From a virus (Duplodnaviria > Caudoviricetes), in IMG/VR virus record IMGVR_UViG_3300014656_000059, positions 1 to 39,490 of that record: 39,490 nt of DNA; one strand, given 5' to 3'. Both the position numbers and the translations under genes were made by a program. Within the stretch, counting starts at the first letter, position 1. Every line of letters begins with the position of its first letter. The notes below the pieces were generated by a model, which was not told the origin of the DNA, did not search any database, and saw only the letters and a program-made list of their open reading frames with translations. Below are positions 35,008 to 39,490 of this stretch, one piece after another.

Positions 35008-37941
35008 ATGAGCCATGCTAACTATAATGCTAATGCGGCATTTCAGGTATTATCATCTAGTGTTTTTACAGATAACAGGTTAATCAGAGCTGATGGAACA
35101 TCTAGAAATGTACAGGTATCAGGAATCACATGCGACGATTCTAATAATCTTACAGGTATAAATTCTATAACATTAGGTACAGCTCTTGCTGTATCTTACG
35201 GTGGTACAGGAGCCAGTACTTTAACTGATCATGGTGTTATGGTTGGTTCTGGAACAGATGCTGTTACATCGCTTGCTGAGGCGTCTAATGGCCAGTTGAT
35301 AATAGGATCAACAGGTGCTGATCCAGTTTTGGCGAGCCTTACTGGAACATCAAATCAAATCACTGTTACCGATGGGGCTGGTACAATAACATTATCAACA
35401 CCACAGGATATTGCAACCGGGAGTTCTCCAACATTTGCCGGGCTAACACTCACGGCTGATTTAACAGTTGCTAACGGTGGTACAGGACAAAGCACATATA
35501 CTGATGGTCAGCTGTTAATAGGTAACACAACCGGTAACACTCTTGCTAAAAGCACACTGACAGCGGGAGAGGGTATTGATGTTACAAATGGTAGTGGATC
35601 AATAACAATTGCATGTGAAGATGCAACGACATCAAACAAGGGTATTGCAAGCTTTGATGAGTATGATTTTGTTGTCACTGCTGGGAATGCAACTATTCGT
35701 CCGTGTTCGGCTGTCTATTTTGTCGGAAAATGGGGGAATGATACTGCTGATGGTTTAACCTATAGTAGTGCGAAACTTACGATTCAATCTGCGGTAACTG
35801 CTGCTCCTGCAAATTCTACAATTCTAGTACATCCAGGAACATACACAGAAACAATAACCCATACAGCAAATAATGTTACAGTAAGAGCACAAGGTAAACC
35901 AAATTCTGTTATTATAACCCAAGCAGACGCCAACGTTATAAATTTTGGTGCGTATACTGGAATCATGTATCGCAACTTCGGAATTCGATGTACTGCTGCA
36001 ACAACAGCAATTAATACTGTTCAAGGAACAACAGGGAGTTGCAACTTCAAAGAATGTCACTTACAGATGACTTCGGCTGCCGCTATCGTTGCCGCTAGCC
36101 AACCTGCTATCGGAGCAATAACTGGTGCTGGAACACTTACGCAAACCCTCGGACAGGCAACGTATGCCCATACCGGAGCTTGTGGTGGAACAGCACAAAA
36201 GGGAGCTTTCTCCGTTGGTACAGGTGGACTAGTAGAGCTTAAATTAGTGAAGGGTATTACCGTTTCGAACAGTGGAACAGCCCTTGTTTCTGCCGTTGGT
36301 ATTGATACAAGTAGCACTGGTGTTTTTGAAATGGAAGAATGCGAAATTGATGTAACAGACCCTAACGCAACGTTGGTTGTTGGTTTAGGATATATCAGTG
36401 GAACAGGAACAGATAATGAATTCTTTCGAAATGCTATCCATATCACTGCAACTGCAAACACTGGATATGGTATCTATGCTGCTGATACTGCTTCGGAAAC
36501 ACGTTCTTATTACAATCATATCCACGTTTCCGATACTGGGGGTACATCATATGGCTTCTTTGTCGGAACGGCAGCAACATTAATATCTCAATTTGATGAT
36601 ATAATCGCTGTTGATGGGAATCAAATAGCTGGTACTTTTGTACAAACAAACAGTCCTAGTGATGGTGATTTTAAACTAAGCGGTACACTTCATACAGCAC
36701 AAGGTGTAGATGTCGCTAGTGCCAACAATATGACACTTGGAGATGGAAACTTTTTCGATATCACAGGCGTTACAACAATCAATACGATTGCCTCAAAAGG
36801 TGTTGGTACATTTGTATCGTTGCAATTTGATGGTATACTTCAGCTAACACATTCTGCGGATCTATTTTTGCCAACTGCTGCAAATATAACGACTGCTGCT
36901 GGCGATATAGCTATCTTCTATGAATATGCTTCCGGTGATTGGCGTTGTATGTCCTATACTAGAGCAGATGGTAGCGCTCTTACGGCTGCCGGTGGAGGAT
37001 TAACAACAAATACGGAAATATTAGCCGGAGCGAAAACATTAACTGGTGGGACTGATGCACCAGTTCAATTTTTAGATCCTAACGGTTCTAATAGAGTTAT
37101 TACACTTGCAACTACAGCGGTTAGTGCTGGTGCAGAATTTTATATAATGAACATCGGAACATATACGGCATCGGCTTATTTGACTATCAATTCTGAAGAA
37201 ATGGGAGGCGCAATAGTAGATCAGTTCACATCTGGTACTGTTAAACATTTTATTTTTGATGGAACAAATTGGTATGAAACCAGGTCTGGTTCTGACGTAA
37301 ATTTAACGCTTCGTCATAACACAGCATTTGGATACAACGCTAGAGCGCAAGAAAATGGTACTGCAATAGGATTCCAGACAGAAGGATCGACAGATTCGGT
37401 TGCTATAGGTCATTTTGCTCAATGCGACGATTATGGGGTCGCGATTGGTTCTGAGGCTGATACTCTAGGAAAATCTTATGCTATAGCAAAAGGTTATCAA
37501 TCTGGATGTGAGCGTTACGGTGAAGAATGGCGTTGTACTGATTTTGCTTCTACGAATAAATACGGCTATGGAGCTTTCGGTTTATATCTTGCAACAACAG
37601 ATGCTACTCCGGGAGAAATGTTTATTAATGGCTTATGGAGAATTGTTGTCGAAGCAAACTCAGCAATAATGTTTAAAGTCATGGTAATAGCGTATGATAG
37701 TAGCAATACTGATGGCCACTGGTGGGAGATTACTGGCGGAATCAGACGCGACGGTGCAGGAAACTGCTCTTTAATCGGAGCTAACATTGTTAATGAAGAC
37801 AATGACGCTGGAGCGGCTGCTTGGACGGCTGTCCTGGACGCTAATGATACAAATGACGCTATTCGTATCACCGTCACAGGTGAAGTTGGAAAAACAATTC
37901 GCTGGCATGCCAGAGTTGAAACAAGTGAATGTAGGTTCTAA
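35008..37941 (+). CDS. Tail fibre/spike with putative beta-helix and YadA-head-like repeats
   Basis: V..GGTG shaft repeats; TIQSAV...[10 protein letters not shown] beta-helix cap; TAIG/VAIG/VAIG repeats. Confidence 0.75.
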   Translation: MSHANYNANAAFQVLSSSVFTDNRLIRADGTSRNVQVSGITCDDSNNLTGINSITLGTALAVSYGGTGASTLTDHGVMVGSGTDAVTSLAEASNGQLIIGSTGADPVLASLTGTSNQITVTDGAGTITLSTPQDIATGSSPTFAGLTLTADLTVANGGTGQSTYTDGQLLIGNTTGNTLAKSTLTAGEGIDVTNGSGSITIACEDATTSNKGIASFDEYDFVVTAGNATIRPCSAVYFVGKWGNDTADGLTYSSAKLTIQSAVTAAPANSTILVHPGTYTETITHTANNVTVRAQGKPNSVIITQADANVINFGAYTGIMYRNFGIRCTAATTAINTVQGTTGSCNFKECHLQMTSAAAIVAASQPAIGAITGAGTLTQTLGQATYAHTGACGGTAQKGAFSVGTGGLVELKLVKGITVSNSGTALVSAVGIDTSSTGVFEMEECEIDVTDPNATLVVGLGYISGTGTDNEFFRNAIHITATANTGYGIYAADTASETRSYYNHIHVSDTGGTSYGFFVGTAATLISQFDDIIAVDGNQIAGTFVQTNSPSDGDFKLSGTLHTAQGVDVASANNMTLGDGNFFDITGVTTINTIASKGVGTFVSLQFDGILQLTHSADLFLPTAANITTAAGDIAIFYEYASGDWRCMSYTRADGSALTAAGGGLTTNTEILAGAKTLTGGTDAPVQFLDPNGSNRVITLATTAVSAGAEFYIMNIGTYTASAYLTINSEEMGGAIVDQFTSGTVKHFIFDGTNWYETRSGSDVNLTLRHNTAFGYNARAQENGTAIGFQTEGSTDSVAIGHFAQCDDYGVAIGSEADTLGKSYAIAKGYQSGCERYGEEWRCTDFASTNKYGYGAFGLYLATTDATPGEMFINGLWRIVVEANSAIMFKVMVIAYDSSNTDGHWWEITGGIRRDGAGNCSLIGANIVNEDNDAGAAAWTAVLDANDTNDAIRITVTGEVGKTIRWHARVETSECRF

Positions 37942-37952
37942 GGAGAATTATT

Positions 37953-38498
37953 ATGACAACAGGTATAAAAAATGAAATTTTCACTGCTGATGCTGTCAGG
38001 ACTGCTAATATTGGTAATGCTGCTAGCCACATCCAAATGTCCGCTGCTGGCGAAGTCACTATGACTTCTCAGCCGGCATTTTTAGCTAGACCGAATGGTA
38101 ACAAAAACAATGTCACAGGAAACGGCACTAATTATACGATTGTTTTTGACGATGAGGTTTTCGATCAGAATGCTGACTTTGATGGAACGAGTACATTTAC
38201 TGCCCCAATAACAGGAAAATATAGATTTTCGGCTGGTGTTGCATTACAAGAAATGGGATCTGCGAATAACATGAAACTCACGTTAGTAACTTCTAATCAT
38301 ACTTATATGTTTTTCTTCGGAAATCCACCCACGCAGGCAGGGGGTTATTTAGCATTGTGCGGAAGTATTTTAGTAGACATGAATGCTGCTCACACTGCTC
38401 ATGTTGTAGTTACGGTTGAAGGTGTTGGTGCTGATACTGCGGATGTATTAGACAATTCTGATGGCGGAACATATTTCTGCGGCGAATTAGTTTGTTAA
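37953..38498 (+). CDS. C1q-like domain protein
   Basis: PAFLA...IVFD.EVFD...FTAPITGKYRF...TYFCG.LV. Confidence 0.75.
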   Translation: MTTGIKNEIFTADAVRTANIGNAASHIQMSAAGEVTMTSQPAFLARPNGNKNNVTGNGTNYTIVFDDEVFDQNADFDGTSTFTAPITGKYRFSAGVALQEMGSANNMKLTLVTSNHTYMFFFGNPPTQAGGYLALCGSILVDMNAAHTAHVVVTVEGVGADTADVLDNSDGGTYFCGELVC

Positions 38499-38512
38499 AC
38501 AAAGAGGGTGTT

Positions 38513-38713
38513 ATGAAAGTTTTACTATTCTCAATAATTTTTTTCCTATGTTCTTGCTCACCGTTAATGTGGTGGAGAGCAGGGGAAATAGCTATCAATA
38601 ATTATCCATCGGATAATATTATTGAAGAGGCTGTTGAAGAGCGTATAGAGGAATGGATGGATGCCCCTGAAGGATCTATTGATTTAAGTATATTCTCTCC
38701 CGAGGGTGTTTGA
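38513..38713 (+). CDS. Small lipoprotein
   Basis: MKVLLFSIIFFLCSC lipobox; acidic mature part; GAGGG SD. Confidence 0.7.
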   Translation: MKVLLFSIIFFLCSCSPLMWWRAGEIAINNYPSDNIIEEAVEERIEEWMDAPEGSIDLSIFSPEGV

Positions 38714-38718
38714 AAAAA

Positions 38719-38773
38719 TAACCCGGACAATTCTGCAATTTTTTCTAGATTAAAGTTTTGCCCGGGTTTTTTT
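38719..38773. terminator. Probable bidirectional terminator between convergent arms
   Basis: AACCCGGACAA...TTGCCCGGGTT flanked by A- and T-runs; long loop. Confidence 0.55.
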
Positions 38774-38832
38774 CTTAACAACAAATGTGTTTGCGTTCTT
38801 ATGATTTTGTGATGGTCTTCTTATTTGCTGCT

Positions 38833-39027
38833 TCAACAAAATGCAGCGCAAGATTTACATTTGGTAGATTTTTTTGCTTTAAGATCGTAGCTTTCTACAG
38901 CTCTTAAATTTCCACAATCACACCGTACTTTCCATTTACTCCTTACTCTTCCTGAGAGGGCTTTCATTCGAATTTTTTTTAGCGCTGTCCATTTTCCAAA
39001 TCTATCTCCCGGTATGATTCTTGGCAT
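38833..39027 (-). CDS. Stand-alone CDCG zinc domain (as at N-termini of phage HNH/AP2 proteins)
   Basis: GDRFGKWT...WKVRCDCGN...STKCKSC; no nuclease domain follows. Confidence 0.65.
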   Translation of the reverse strand: MPRIIPGDRFGKWTALKKIRMKALSGRVRSKWKVRCDCGNLRAVESYDLKAKKSTKCKSCAAFC

Positions 39028-39404
39028 ATTGTTATTTCACTTCGTGGTTTTTTATCATAATATTTAGATGCTGTTATTTTATATACTTGTCGATCGTCTT
39101 TATATATTATTCCTGTCATAGAGTTTAACATTATCACCTGTAGATTGTCAATATCCGGTGTGTTTATATGCGGTTGAAGGATCATTTGTTTTTGTTTTTT
39201 TTTACTCCATGATGGGGGTATAGGGAAAAAAAATTTCATTTCTATGGCAACAGGTGTTTCTATAACACCATACTTCCATTTAGATTTTATAACCCATCTA
39301 AATGCGGATTTTTCATTTTTTTGAGGATTAAATACTTTTGTAGATTTATGAGAAAACCGTGCTCGTTTTTGTGCGATTGGCGCCCCTGGTATAATAATTT
39401 CCAT
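38979..39404 (-). CDS. rusA: RusA-family Holliday junction resolvase
   Basis: IPG.P..QKRAR, PDIDNL, GIIYKDDRQV motifs. Confidence 0.9.
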   Translation of the reverse strand: MEIIIPGAPIAQKRARFSHKSTKVFNPQKNEKSAFRWVIKSKWKYGVIETPVAIEMKFFFPIPPSWSKKKQKQMILQPHINTPDIDNLQVIMLNSMTGIIYKDDRQVYKITASKYYDKKPRSEITICQESYREIDLENGQR

Positions 39405-39490
39405 GGGCGCACAAAATAACAGAATAAAGATTATTTGAAAATGTTTTTTTTCTTCTTTCTTTCTGTTTCCTCTAAGTAAATTCGATAGTA

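Larger units (their letters stand above)
1..39490. mobile_element. Tailed phage genome (P22/podovirus-like morphogenesis), near-complete or complete
   Basis: Order terL-portal-scaffold-capsid-adaptor-nozzle-ejection proteins-fibres, plus recombination and replication genes; no host housekeeping genes; no tape measure or sheath. Confidence 0.95.

Noticed and set aside
1-39490. Stop-codon recoding or introns/inteins
   Set aside because: Core genes are intact and of normal length in the standard code, and all three stops are used

Overview
The window reads as a complete or near-complete ~39.5 kb tailed-phage genome with P22/podovirus-like morphogenesis. A leftward early arm carries an ERF annealase, YqaJ/lambda-type exonuclease and SpoVG-like protein, with RusA at the opposite end. 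It is followed by a divergent control region (ribbon-helix-helix regulator, iteron-like repeats, HTH replication initiator), an accessory block, then terminase, portal, scaffold, N4-gp56-type capsid, tail and ejection proteins (one is a 1522-aa polyvalent protein) and several fibre/spike genes. I recognise no integrase, endolysin, polymerase or reverse transcriptase. Four signals stand out. (1) GGA-loop hairpins matching the CsrA/RsmA-binding consensus sit on ribosome-binding sites of late genes, with a dense array at 17930-18144 before the scaffold gene. (2) An anticodon-less tRNA-like RNA lies in the leader of the early operon. (3) A DUF6948-like gene is embedded among four Gly-X hexanucleotide-repeat modules. 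(4) A TGTAAA-N5-TTTACA motif is clustered in the early region. Family names come from motif recognition, not database searches, and the host cannot be determined from the sequence alone.
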